From Actinomycetes bacterium (GTDB lineage Bacteria > Actinomycetota > Actinomycetes > Actinomycetales > Cellulomonadaceae), in contig JAEYNO010000149.1 of the NCBI GenBank assembly GCA_023412515.1, positions 1 to 38,864 on the forward strand: a DNA stretch of 38,864 nucleotides, read 5' to 3'. Under the pieces are notes generated by a model that saw nothing but the letters and a program-made list of their open reading frames with translations, was not told the DNA's origin and searched no databases. Numbering within the stretch: position 1 is the first letter of the stretch; each line of letters opens with the position of its first letter. Below, in pieces: positions 26,448 to 36,130 of this stretch. The position numbers and the translations under genes were made by a program.

Positions 26448-27034
26448 ACTACGCCCGCTATCCACACGGCGTGCACCCGCATCTACGGCGATCAGGAGCC
26501 GCGGCACGTCGGCTACTTCCCGGGCCGCGCGTTCGGCTCGGTGCTGCAGGGGTGCAGCGCGTACCGCGCGGACGGTCACTGGCACTACGTGACGTACGGG
26601 CTGAGCAACGTGTTCGACGAGGACGAGGGAGACAACCACGGCTTCAGCGGCAACGGGTGCGAGCTGACGTGGCGCATCCGCGACGAGGGCGGGGCGGCGG
26701 ATGCGCCGGGCTGGCCGTTCACGGTGCTGCAGCGGATCGCGAAGTGGGCGATCGACGAGCGCTTCGTCCTCATGGAGGGACGTCAGATCGCTCTGAGTCG
26801 GCCCGTGACCGGGTACCCCGACACGGGCGGCCCCGACACCCCGCAGACCTCTCTGCTCCTGGTGACCGACCCCGAGCTGGGAGAGATCGACACCGTCAAC
26901 GGGCGGGTGGAGTTCGTCCAGCTCGTCGCGGTGGACAACCAGACCCTCGCGGACGTCAGCGAACTGGGGATCGACGCTATGGTCGACCGGCTGCACAGCG
27001 GGACCGGCTCATGGAGAGCGTCATCGGGCGCTGA
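26448..27034 (+). pseudogene. Suppressor-of-fused (SUFU) domain protein, 5'-truncated and 3'-frameshifted
   Basis: AIHTACTRIYGDQEP, HWHYVTYGLS, FSG.G.ELT.R, PGWP, DPELGEIDTVNGRVEFVQLV; in-frame TGA at 26445 and no start codon before the conserved N-terminus; natural end in another frame at 27034. Confidence 0.8.
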
Positions 27035-27129
27035 CTTTCGAATGCTGTCGCGCACCAACACGGTCCGTTGCTTCCCTCCGCGCACTGGATCAGCAGGAGA
27101 GCTGTGCAGCTCAGCTGGCGGCGGTCGGG

Positions 27130-27162
27130 TCCCCGGGGTGCTCCGATGGGGCACCCCGGGGA
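27130..27162 (-). terminator. Hairpin terminator between convergent genes
   Basis: TCCCCGGGGTGCTCC-gat-GGGGCACCCCGGGGA. Confidence 0.65.
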
Positions 27163-27168
27163 GGTGCC

Positions 27169-28116
27169 TCAGCAGCCCTCGAGCGCGCCGCCGCCCCTCT
27201 GGGCGACGACGGTGGCCTGACCCGCCGCGATGCTGGTTCCGGCCTCCCACGCGAAAACCGTGACGTCAGATTTTCCAGCGGCGCGTGCGATGGCGCCGGC
27301 GGCTAGGGGAGCGACGTCGTCGAGGATTGGGAGCTTGATCACGCCCGAGGCGTCATTGCCGAGCCCGATCATCGTGTCCATGAACTCTCGAGCGGCGGTG
27401 CACGTGAGGAAGTAGTAGCGGACGCGGTTGTGGGTGCTCTGAGTCAAAGTGCCACCGGCGCGCACGAGATCGACCTCGGGCGTCGTGCCCACCGAGAACA
27501 CCTGAAGGCGCCCTTGGGAGTCGCGCGTCGGGCTGAAGGCGTGGGCGTCGCCCGGGTCGAAGAACTCGACTGGCGCACCGCCAGAACCGATCTGATTGTA
27601 TCGTGCAGGGTTCATGTACACCTGCACGGACAGATTCCAGCACTGCTCGGGGACAGTGATAGTGTCGGTCGTCGCGAAACTCGGTCCAACCGCGCCCATC
27701 GTGGGGGACCAGTTCTTCCACACAGGAACAGTGATGCTCTTCCAGTCGGTGAGATAGGCGATCTGTGGGGCGGGTGGGTAGCAGTTTGCCCGCCAGCGGT
27801 AGAGCGTGGGGATGTCGCCGCTAGCAACTCGCATCGTGACTGGGTCCATCGTGGGCAGGTTGAGGAAATACGCGGTCGCGGTGATCGTGTTGTCTCCCCT
27901 CGGGATCCAGAGTTTACCCCCGCGCTTGCCCTTCCAGAGGCCGTCATAACTGACCGAGTAGAACGATCCAGAGCCGAACCCGACGCTGTCCACCGCAACC
28001 GTGCCGGCCTTGGGGTCAACCGCGTGCGCGACGTCTGCCGGCAGGAGAACTGCTGCGGTCGCGGCCACCGAAGCGAGCACGGACGCGACGATACGTGAGA
28101 TCTTCCGCTTCACCAT
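27169..28116 (-). CDS. Secreted hypothetical protein, 315 aa
   Basis: AGGGGG RBS; Sec signal MVKRKISRIVASVLASVAATAAVLLPADVAHA; four Cys; atypical codon usage. Confidence 0.7.
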   Translation of the reverse strand: MVKRKISRIVASVLASVAATAAVLLPADVAHAVDPKAGTVAVDSVGFGSGSFYSVSYDGLWKGKRGGKLWIPRGDNTITATAYFLNLPTMDPVTMRVASGDIPTLYRWRANCYPPAPQIAYLTDWKSITVPVWKNWSPTMGAVGPSFATTDTITVPEQCWNLSVQVYMNPARYNQIGSGGAPVEFFDPGDAHAFSPTRDSQGRLQVFSVGTTPEVDLVRAGGTLTQSTHNRVRYYFLTCTAAREFMDTMIGLGNDASGVIKLPILDDVAPLAAGAIARAAGKSDVTVFAWEAGTSIAAGQATVVAQRGGGALEGC

Positions 28117-28260
28117 TCCCCCTGAGTGTTTCTTTGCGTGTGTACACAGTAGCCCTTCGGCTGCAGGTCGACGAGCCCATCCACGGACCGATTTCAGCGC
28201 GAGGTACCGTGCAAAGAACTTGGAAGACCTCGACATGCTCCGCAGGGCAGAAGTTGCGGG

Positions 28261-30645
28261 TCACCCGCAGCTCACCCCCGCGTACCCGGCGTCGTACCCG
28301 CTGAGCCCGGCTCCCCACGCGACGATCCCCGCCCCGGTGACCCGCACGGCCCCGGCGTCGACGCTCGTACCGGGCACGGTCCACGTCTTCTGCACGGTCG
28401 ACCCCGGCCACACCAGCCACCCGCCGACGCCGCGCCACGGCGACGTCGCGGCGACCAGCACGGGCACGCGCTCGGCGTTCCGCACGTGCACGGTCACGCG
28501 CGGCTTGCCGTCGACGCACACCGCCTCGGCGGACACGGCCAGCGCGACCGACCCGCGCGTCCCGGGTGCGCCGAACGGCGTCGCGGGAGCCGACGGCGCC
28601 GACGCCTCCGACGTGCCGGCCGCGTTCGTCGCGGTCACCGTGAACGTGTACGCCGTGCCGTTCGACAGTCCGGTGACCGTGCACCTGGTGGCGTCCGTCG
28701 TGCACGTGGCCCCGCCCGGCTGCGCGGTCACGGTCGAGGACGTGACGCCGCTGCCGCCGTCGTCGGACGGCGCGGTCCACGACACGTCCGCGGCGTCGTT
28801 GCCGGCGGTCGCGGTGACGGCCGTGGGTGCGGACGGCGCGGTGGCCGGCGGCTGCGCGACCTCACCCGGCCACTGCGCCACGGTCTCGGCGGTACCACCG
28901 GCGCCGAGCTTCTCGACGCGCAGCGCGTTGATCGAGAACGCGTTGCCGCCCCCGCCGCCGCGGATGCCGATGTTGCCGATCAGGCCGTCGGCGGGCTGGT
29001 CGCCGTCGAGCGTGATCTCGGTGACCAGGTCGTAGCTGCCCATGTTGACCATGCCGCTGTTGAAGTACGCGGGGATGTGGGTGGACACCTGCCCGGCGGA
29101 GTACTGGTGGTCGTTGATGACCGCGCCGTCGCCCGTGGTGTACCCGCCGTTGGTGTTGTCCCGCAGCCAGCGCACGCGGATCGCCGTCGTGCCCTTCGCG
29201 GTGTAGTTGACCGTCAACCGGTACGTCGTGCCGGCCTCGGGGCGGAACGCGACCTCGCCGTCGTCGGTCGTCGACCACGGCCACACCGCCGCGTCGTCGC
29301 CCAGCACGACGTTCGCGCCGCTCCACGCGTCGCCGAGCGACGTGTCGTACACGTGCACGCCCGGCACGGGCTCGCGGTCGCCGCCACCCGGCAGGTCGAT
29401 GTACTCGTGCGTCGCCAGGAACTCCTCGGGGTACAGGATGCCCAGCAGCGCGAGCTTCGCGTTGCCGTCGTAGTCGTACGGCATGGCGAACTCGCCGCCC
29501 TTCCAGCCCTGCCGCACGTCACGCACGCCCGCGAGCTTCACGGCGTGCACGACCTTCGGGTTGCCGGTCGTGTTGCCCGGCCCCGCGCCGTAGTCCCGGT
29601 AGATCTTGAACAGCTCGGCGTACTTCATGCCCTGGTTGTTCTCGGCCTCGGGCGTCAGCTCGCCCGGCGGCAGCGCGATGTCCATCTCGGTGACGTGCAC
29701 CTCGACGTCCCCCAGCGACGCGAACAGCCGGATGTTCTGCTCGACGGCCGCGACGTCGGTGGCCAGGTTGTAGTGGCCCTGCATGCCGATGACCTCAATG
29801 AGTGGGCGACCGCCCGGCCGCTCGCCCGCGTGCCGCGCGTTGATGTCCTTGACCATCTCGTAGACCACGCGCGCCTTGGCGGGGGAGTCCAGGCCGAAGT
29901 CGTTGTACGTGAGCTTGACGTCCCAGCCGTGCGCGTCGACCACCTCGGCGGCCTTGACGAACGCGAGCTCGACCCAGTCCGCGCCCAGCGCCTGGTACCA
30001 GCCCTCGCCCTTGGCGAGCGAGCCGCGCCAGTCCGCGGGGTTCGCGGTGCCGACGGCCTCGTTGACCACGTCGACGGCCACGAGCCGGTCCCCGAAGTGC
30101 CCCAGCACGTTCTCGACGTGCGCGTCCAGGTTCGCCAACGCGGTGTCGCGGTCGAACGTGCCCGGCTGGTCGAACCGCGCGGGCGGCGCGTCCCACATCC
30201 ACGTCGGGGACTGCGAGTGCCACGCGAGCGTGTGCCCGTACAGCGCCAGGTCGGGGTTGCGGGACGTGTACCGCGCGAACGCCCCCTCGGCCGCGTCGTA
30301 CGTGAACACGCCCTTGTCGCGCTGCGTGCTCTCGGGCTTCATCTCGTTGCCCGGCGTGTACGACGCGTAGTTGTACAGCAGCCCCTCGATCTCGCCCGCC
30401 CCGAAGATCCCCATCGAGAACCGGTCGGCGTGCTGGTCCTTCATGGGCGGGTAGTGCTCGAACGTCTGCCCCGGCTCGGGCAGCGCGGCGGGCTCCGGCG
30501 CGGCGGCCGCGGGGCCGGCGGGCCCGAGCGCACCGACCGCGAGCACCGCGGCCAGCAGCGGTGCGCCGACGCGCGCGGCGGCGCCGCCCGCACGACGACG
30601 GGGGACGAGCGTGCGCAGGGCTGCGGTGACGTCCGGACCCGGCAT
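28261..30645 (-). CDS. GH10 endo-1,4-beta-xylanase with an unassigned central module, FN3 and a C-terminal Cys-bounded domain
   Basis: [21 protein letters not shown] (acid/base), YNDF, GMQGH, VTEMDI (nucleophile); FN3 [10 protein letters not shown]...[24 protein letters not shown]. Confidence 0.92.
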   Translation of the reverse strand: MPGPDVTAALRTLVPRRRAGGAAARVGAPLLAAVLAVGALGPAGPAAAAPEPAALPEPGQTFEHYPPMKDQHADRFSMGIFGAGEIEGLLYNYASYTPGNEMKPESTQRDKGVFTYDAAEGAFARYTSRNPDLALYGHTLAWHSQSPTWMWDAPPARFDQPGTFDRDTALANLDAHVENVLGHFGDRLVAVDVVNEAVGTANPADWRGSLAKGEGWYQALGADWVELAFVKAAEVVDAHGWDVKLTYNDFGLDSPAKARVVYEMVKDINARHAGERPGGRPLIEVIGMQGHYNLATDVAAVEQNIRLFASLGDVEVHVTEMDIALPPGELTPEAENNQGMKYAELFKIYRDYGAGPGNTTGNPKVVHAVKLAGVRDVRQGWKGGEFAMPYDYDGNAKLALLGILYPEEFLATHEYIDLPGGGDREPVPGVHVYDTSLGDAWSGANVVLGDDAAVWPWSTTDDGEVAFRPEAGTTYRLTVNYTAKGTTAIRVRWLRDNTNGGYTTGDGAVINDHQYSAGQVSTHIPAYFNSGMVNMGSYDLVTEITLDGDQPADGLIGNIGIRGGGGGNAFSINALRVEKLGAGGTAETVAQWPGEVAQPPATAPSAPTAVTATAGNDAADVSWTAPSDDGGSGVTSSTVTAQPGGATCTTDATRCTVTGLSNGTAYTFTVTATNAAGTSEASAPSAPATPFGAPGTRGSVALAVSAEAVCVDGKPRVTVHVRNAERVPVLVAATSPWRGVGGWLVWPGSTVQKTWTVPGTSVDAGAVRVTGAGIVAWGAGLSGYDAGYAGVSCG

Positions 30646-30708
30646 GGGTGCCTCCAGGGGCGCTCCCCGGCGCGACGCTGCGCGGGGCTCGGCGGTGGTG
30701 GCGAACGA

Positions 30709-30858
30709 TGGCAAACGTTCTCCACCCGTGATGCCGTCGAACCTAGCCCGCCGCGCGCCGGGGTTGTCAAGAGTCCGCCACGTCCGGTTGGTCGGGTCTT
30801 GACGTCCGTTTCCACCGCCGCCTACGTTGACCCCACGCGGTGTGGCGAGCGTTTGCCG
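30709..30858. promoter_or_regulatory. Back-to-back promoters with two LacI-type operator-like pseudo-palindromes
   Basis: + strand TTGACG(30799)-N18-TACGTT(30823); - strand TTGACA(30770)-N19-TAGGTT(30745); operators TGGCAAACGTTCTCCA (30709-30724) and TGGCGAGCGTTTGCCG (30843-30858). Confidence 0.65.
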
Positions 30859-31023
30859 TCGACGACGACGGTGGCGCCGCCCGGGACCCGACGCCGGGTC
30901 CACCCGCGTCGCCGCGGGCGGTCGTCGCCCGCGCGTCGAACCCCTGAGCAGCGCGGACGTGCGGGACGGCGTGGTCCCGCGGCGCGCGCCTGCCCGGGGT
31001 CAGCCCTTGGGGAGGAGCAGTCG

Positions 31024-32931
31024 ATGATCCGACGGACCAGAGGTGGCGGGACCGAGGAGACGGCACGGCACGCGCGCGACGCCCGGCGTCTGGACGGACG
31101 GCGGCACGACGCCAGGCGCCCGGCGCGCTGGGCCGGCGCGGGCCTCGCGGTCGCGCTCGCGACCGTCGGGTTCGTGGCGCCCGCGCACGCCGCGGTCGAC
31201 GCGGCCACGTACGACGTCACGATCCGCGCGACCGGCGCGGGCACGGTCACCGGCGGCGGCACGTACGCGCCCGGCGACACGGTCGAGCTCACCGCGACGC
31301 CGGCCGACGGGCAGGTGTGGGCCGGTTGGACGTCCGCCGACCTCGCGTGGATCGGCGCGCGCGCCCTGTCGTTCACGATGCCCGAGGGCGACGTCACGCT
31401 CGAGACGTCGTTCCGGCCGCAGATCGCGCCGCTCAAGGAGGTGTACCGCGACTACTTCGACGTCGGGAACATCTACTCCAACGCCGGCACCTACGCGGAC
31501 GGCTCGCAGGCGTCGTCGACGATCGCGCGGCACTACTCGGTGATGACCGCCGAGAACAACATGAAGCCCGACCAGCTGCTGCCCAACAGCAACATCGACC
31601 CGGTGACGGGCGAGTTCACGTTCACCTTCGGGCCGGCCGACGCGTTCGTCGACCAGACCCTCGCACGCGGCATGAAGGTCCACGGCCACGTGCTGGTGTG
31701 GCACGGGCAGTCGCCCGCGCGCATCAACAGCGGCGCCACCGGCGGCACGCGCGCGCAGGCCAAGGCCAACATGGAGCGGTACATCCGCGAGGTGCTCACG
31801 CACTTCCAGGGCAAGGCCGAGTCGTGGGACGTCGTCAACGAGGCGTTCGTCGACGGGCTCGCGGAGTTCGACCCCGCGACGCAGGACTGGCGCGACTACC
31901 TGCGCGGCGGCCCCAACGGCGGGCAGTCCCGCTGGTACAGCGCGTACGCGAACGGCGCCGACACGGCCGCCGGCGAGCACCCCGCCGACTTCCTGTACGA
32001 CGCGTTCGTCTACGCCCGCCGGTACGGGCCCGAGGCGCGCCTGGAGTACAACGACTTCAACGTCTTCCAGTCCGAGGGCAAGGCGCAGGCGATCCTCGCG
32101 ATGGCCACCGACCTCAACGCCCGGTACGCCGCCGAGCACCCCGAGGACCCGCGCCAGCTGGTCGAGTCGATCGGCCTGCAGTCGCACAACTACATCAACC
32201 AGACCCCCGCGTTCGCGTGCTCGGACCGCACGCGCCTGCGCTCGCTCGTCAAGGACGCGGCGGCCGAGTGGCAGCCCGGCGCGTGCTCGAACGAGGCGTC
32301 GGTCGAGCGGTCGCTGCAGCTCATCACCGAGGCCGGCTTCACCGCCAGCATCAGCGAGCTCGACCTGCAGGTGTGGGAGGCGTGGAACGGCCAGCCCGAG
32401 GGCGAGGACCGCGCCGCGTACCGCGACCTCACCGACCCGACCGTCGCCGACCGCATCTCGCGCGGCGAGTTCGACTACTGGGTCGGCAATATCAGCAACC
32501 GCGCCGAGCTCGAGAAGATCCAGGCGCAGCGGTTCGCCGAGTACTTCGCGGTCTACAAGAAGTACTCGACCGACATCAACCGCGTGACGTTCTGGGGCAT
32601 GACCGACCAGGCGTCGTGGCGGTTCACGCACAACCCGCTGATCTTCAACAGCGACTTCTCCGAGAAGCTCGGCGCCGCCGCGTCCGCGAACCCCGAGCGC
32701 TGGCTCGGGCAGCGGCACCCGGTCGTCGACACCTCGAAGCTCGAGGCCGCGATCGCCGAGGTCAAGGCGCTCAAGCTCAGCGCGAAGGACTTCACGGGCC
32801 TGAGCATCGCGCGCGTCAAGGCCGTGCTGGGGCGGGTCATCGCGGTTCTCGCGACGCCCGGCGCGCAGGGCAAGGTCAACGCCGCCACGGCCGCGCTGCA
32901 CGAGGCGGTCGCTGCGCTCGAGCGGCGGTAG
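31024..32931 (+). CDS. GH10 endo-1,4-beta-xylanase with N-terminal InlB B-repeat-like domain and C-terminal FIVAR-like helical module
   Basis: GGAGGAG RBS; signal peptide; GTVTGGGTYAPGDTVELTATPADG..W.GW; ENNMKP, GHVLVWHGQ, WDVVNEA, YNDFN, GLQSH, ISELD, VTFWG; VDTSKLEAAIAE tail. Confidence 0.92.
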   Translation: MIRRTRGGGTEETARHARDARRLDGRRHDARRPARWAGAGLAVALATVGFVAPAHAAVDAATYDVTIRATGAGTVTGGGTYAPGDTVELTATPADGQVWAGWTSADLAWIGARALSFTMPEGDVTLETSFRPQIAPLKEVYRDYFDVGNIYSNAGTYADGSQASSTIARHYSVMTAENNMKPDQLLPNSNIDPVTGEFTFTFGPADAFVDQTLARGMKVHGHVLVWHGQSPARINSGATGGTRAQAKANMERYIREVLTHFQGKAESWDVVNEAFVDGLAEFDPATQDWRDYLRGGPNGGQSRWYSAYANGADTAAGEHPADFLYDAFVYARRYGPEARLEYNDFNVFQSEGKAQAILAMATDLNARYAAEHPEDPRQLVESIGLQSHNYINQTPAFACSDRTRLRSLVKDAAAEWQPGACSNEASVERSLQLITEAGFTASISELDLQVWEAWNGQPEGEDRAAYRDLTDPTVADRISRGEFDYWVGNISNRAELEKIQAQRFAEYFAVYKKYSTDINRVTFWGMTDQASWRFTHNPLIFNSDFSEKLGAAASANPERWLGQRHPVVDTSKLEAAIAEVKALKLSAKDFTGLSIARVKAVLGRVIAVLATPGAQGKVNAATAALHEAVAALERR

Positions 32932-32951
32932 CCGCAGCGCCGGCACGTCAC

Positions 32952-32994
32952 GACGGCAGCAGGGCGGGGCACGACGCCCCGCCCTGCTGCCGTC
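32952..32994 (+). terminator. Hairpin terminator after the xylanase
   Basis: Perfect 19-bp stem GACGGCAGCAGGGCGGGGC / GCCCCGCCCTGCTGCCGTC. Confidence 0.75.
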
Positions 32995-33332
32995 CGCCGT
33001 GTCCACACCCGGGCGTCGTCGGGAGCGTCGCGCGGCCCTCGTCGCCCCCGACGTGCCGCCACCCGCGTGACGTCGGCCTCCTGCGCGGCCCGGCGCTCGT
33101 GGATCGGGCCCCACGTGTGATCAGATGGGGTCCTCGCGTCGTCGACGCGCCGGGAGAGCTGGGAGCGGACCTCGAGGTCCGTGGCCCGCCCCCGACGGGC
33201 GGACGGCCCGTGCCGCCGTCGGCGCACGCACCGGTCTGGTGCGCCGCCGGGCGTGAGCGGCCCCGCCGTGGGCCGCGGCCCGTCGTGCTGCACCGTGCTC
33301 GCGGTGCAGGCATCGCAGTTGGAGGAGGACCT

Positions 33333-35480
33333 GTGGCCCGAGCCGGCCAGCGACGCCCCGGGCGCGCCCGCCCCGACGCGGGCGGCCAGCGCCGTCGCGC
33401 CGCGCACCCCGACCAGGAGGGGATCATCCCCGTCCTCGCCGGGATCGCCCGCGAGGTCGACGACGCCGTGCAGCGCACGCCCACGCGTGCCGGCGTGCGG
33501 ACCAAGTTCCAGGTCGTCGCGCTGCTCGTGCGCGAGGAACGTGCTCGCGTCATGGCCGACACCGACCTGTCGGAGGCGAAGAGGTCGCAGCAGCTCAAGC
33601 GGCTCGACGGCGTCGCGACGCAGCTCGCGCGCATCGCGGCGCGCGACACGACCCTGCTGACGCTGCTCACCGACGACGCGAAGCTGTCCGACGCCGCGCG
33701 CTCCTACAAGGAGACGGTGATGCGCGCGGGCGGTCTCGACGTCCCCGACGAGCCCGAGCCCGCCCCGGCGCCCGCGCCGACCGCCGCCACCGAGCGGCGG
33801 GTCGTGCCGCAGTCGGTGATCGCCGCGCGCCTGGCCAACCCGTTCCTCGCGCCCGACTTCGAGGCCGCCGCGGCCCTGCGCGCCGCGCCCCGCACGCACC
33901 GCCTGGACGGGTGGGAGCTGCTCGAGCCGCTGTTCCGGTCGTTCGAGCGGGCCGCCAACGGCTCGCCCGCGTGCATGGAGCTCCCCGACGTCCGCACCCT
34001 GCCGGGACTGCACGGGCGCGAGCTCATGCCGCACCAGGCGCGCCTCGTGGCCGCCGCCGCGCGCGGGCACCGCACGTTCCTGCTGGCCGACGAGCCGGGC
34101 CTCGGCAAGACCGCGCAGGCGCTGCTCGCCGCGCAGGCCGCCGACGCGTTCCCGCTGCTCGTCGTCGTCCCCAACGTCGTCAAGACCAACTGGGCGCACG
34201 AGGTCGGCATGTGGCTGCCGCTGCGCAACGTCACCGTGGTGCACGGCGACGGCGAGGACGTCGACGGGTTCGCCGACGTCGTGGTCGTCAACTACGACAT
34301 CCTCGACCGGCACGCCGGGTGGCTCGGCACGCACGGGTTCCGCGGCATGGTCGTCGACGAGGCGCACTTCATCAAGAACAAGTCGTCGCTGCGCTCGCAG
34401 CACGTGCTGGGCATCGCCGACAAGATCCGGCTGCGCGCCACGCGGCCGCTGCTCATGGCGCTGACGGGCACGCCGCTCATCAACGACATCGAGGACTTCC
34501 GCGCGATCTGGCAGTTCCTCGGCTGGATCGACGACGACAAGCCGCTCGCCCCGCTCATGTCGGCGCTCGAGGAGACGGGCCTGACGCCGGCCGACCCCGG
34601 GTTCTCCGCCGCCGCGCGGTCCGCGGTCATCGACATGGGCATCGTGCGGCGCCGCAAGGTCGACGTGGCCGCGGACATCCCGGCGCGCCGCGTCGCGGAC
34701 CTGCCCGTCGAGCTCGACGGCGCGGTCGGCCGCTCGATCCGCGCGGCCGAGGCCGCGCTCGCGCAGCGCCTGGTCGAGCACTACCGCTCGGCCGTCGCGG
34801 CCCGCGGCGAGATCGTCGACCGCGTGGACCTCGACCTCGCGCGCCGCGTGGCGGCCGCCGAGCTCAAGGACGCGTCGTCGAAGAAGAAGGGCGAGAACGT
34901 CTTCACGATGGTCCGCCGCATCGGCCAGGCGAAGGCCGGGCTCGCGGCGGACTACGCGGCGCAGCTCGCGCGCAACGTCGGCAAGGTCGTGTTCTTCGCC
35001 AAGCACGTCGACGTCATGGACGCCGCCGAGCAGCTGTTCACCGAGCGCGGCCTCAAGCACGCGTCGATCCGCGGCGACCAGACCCCGCGCCAGCGCGAGA
35101 AGAACGTCACGGCGTTCGTCGAGGACCCCGAGGTGCAGGTCGTCGTGTGCTCGCTCATGGCGGCGGGCGTCGGGCTGAACCTGCAGGTCGCGTCGAACCT
35201 CGTGCTCGCCGAGCTGCCGTGGACCGACGCCGAGCAGACGCAGGCCATCGACCGCGTGCACCGCATCGGCCAGGACCAGCCCGTCACGGCGTGGCGCGTC
35301 ATCGCGGCGCAGACCATCGACGCGCGCATCGCCGAGCTCATCGACGCCAAGTCCGGCCTCGCGGCCGCGGCGCTCGACGGCGTCGCGCTCGACGAGGACG
35401 CCGCGTCGACGGACGTGCAGCTCGACGCCCTGGTCGGCCTGCTCACCGACGCGCTGCGCGCCGAGGGCGTCGCCGCCTGA
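33333..35480 (+). CDS. SNF2-family (DEAD/DEAH-box) helicase
   Basis: GGAGGAGG RBS; LLADEPGLGKT, VDEAHFIKN, LTGTP, GVGLNL, QAIDRVHRIGQ. Confidence 0.93.
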   Translation: MARAGQRRPGRARPDAGGQRRRAAHPDQEGIIPVLAGIAREVDDAVQRTPTRAGVRTKFQVVALLVREERARVMADTDLSEAKRSQQLKRLDGVATQLARIAARDTTLLTLLTDDAKLSDAARSYKETVMRAGGLDVPDEPEPAPAPAPTAATERRVVPQSVIAARLANPFLAPDFEAAAALRAAPRTHRLDGWELLEPLFRSFERAANGSPACMELPDVRTLPGLHGRELMPHQARLVAAAARGHRTFLLADEPGLGKTAQALLAAQAADAFPLLVVVPNVVKTNWAHEVGMWLPLRNVTVVHGDGEDVDGFADVVVVNYDILDRHAGWLGTHGFRGMVVDEAHFIKNKSSLRSQHVLGIADKIRLRATRPLLMALTGTPLINDIEDFRAIWQFLGWIDDDKPLAPLMSALEETGLTPADPGFSAAARSAVIDMGIVRRRKVDVAADIPARRVADLPVELDGAVGRSIRAAEAALAQRLVEHYRSAVAARGEIVDRVDLDLARRVAAAELKDASSKKKGENVFTMVRRIGQAKAGLAADYAAQLARNVGKVVFFAKHVDVMDAAEQLFTERGLKHASIRGDQTPRQREKNVTAFVEDPEVQVVVCSLMAAGVGLNLQVASNLVLAELPWTDAEQTQAIDRVHRIGQDQPVTAWRVIAAQTIDARIAELIDAKSGLAAAALDGVALDEDAASTDVQLDALVGLLTDALRAEGVAA

Positions 35481-35483
35481 GCG

Positions 35484-36035
35484 TCACCAGCCCCAGGTGC
35501 CCGCGCCGCCCTTGAACGGCCCGACGACGCGGCGCGTGCGCCACCCGCCGTAGAAGTCGCCCTCCTGCGCCTCGACGACCTCGCCGTCGACCGTGCAGAC
35601 CAGCCCGGCAGGGTAGAGCGCGACGTGGTCGAGCAGCGCCTCGTACCCGGGCCGCGGGTCGGGGTAGCCCCACGCGGCGCGCGGGCGGACGACGCGCGCG
35701 CCCGCGTCGGTGCCGACGACGTCGTGGTAGGTCGCGCGCCCCTTGAACTCGCACACCGTCGAGGCGCCCGCGACCGGCACGAGCGTGCCCGGCGCGACGT
35801 CGGCCAGCGGCAGGTAGTACGTCGGCGGGTGCGACGTCTCCAGCACGCGCAGCGCGCGCCGCGTGTCGACGACCACCGTGTTCCCGAGCCGCACGACGAC
35901 GTGCTCGTCGCTCGGCACGACCGCGGGCGGCCGCGGGTAGTCCCACACCGACTCCTGCCCGGGCCCGGGCGGGACGGCGGCGCGACCGCCGGGCGGGGGA
36001 GTGCGCGGGTGCCAGGCCGTGGTGTCCGACGTCAT
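35484..36035 (-). CDS. DUF427 family protein
   Basis: ESVWDYPRPP, LETSHPPTYY, CEFKGRATY, AAWGYPDP, FYGGW. Confidence 0.9.
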   Translation of the reverse strand: MTSDTTAWHPRTPPPGGRAAVPPGPGQESVWDYPRPPAVVPSDEHVVVRLGNTVVVDTRRALRVLETSHPPTYYLPLADVAPGTLVPVAGASTVCEFKGRATYHDVVGTDAGARVVRPRAAWGYPDPRPGYEALLDHVALYPAGLVCTVDGEVVEAQEGDFYGGWRTRRVVGPFKGGAGTWGW

Positions 36036-36130
36036 GCCCCCCACTGTCGCCCGCGGGCCGGCGCGGCGCACGTGCGGTCGGCACGAGGTCGCTTCTATCA
36101 GATTCTCAGATGTGCGCGTACGATCGGGTC

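Noticed and set aside
28486..31023. N-terminal 846 aa of the 1,481-aa ORF
   Set aside because: Antisense to the minus-strand xylanase; the real start is ATG 31024 with RBS and signal peptide
31317..33332. N-terminal 672 aa of the 1,387-aa ORF, an apparent giant helicase fusion
   Set aside because: Off-frame overlap of the xylanase that crosses a terminator; the helicase starts at GTG 33333
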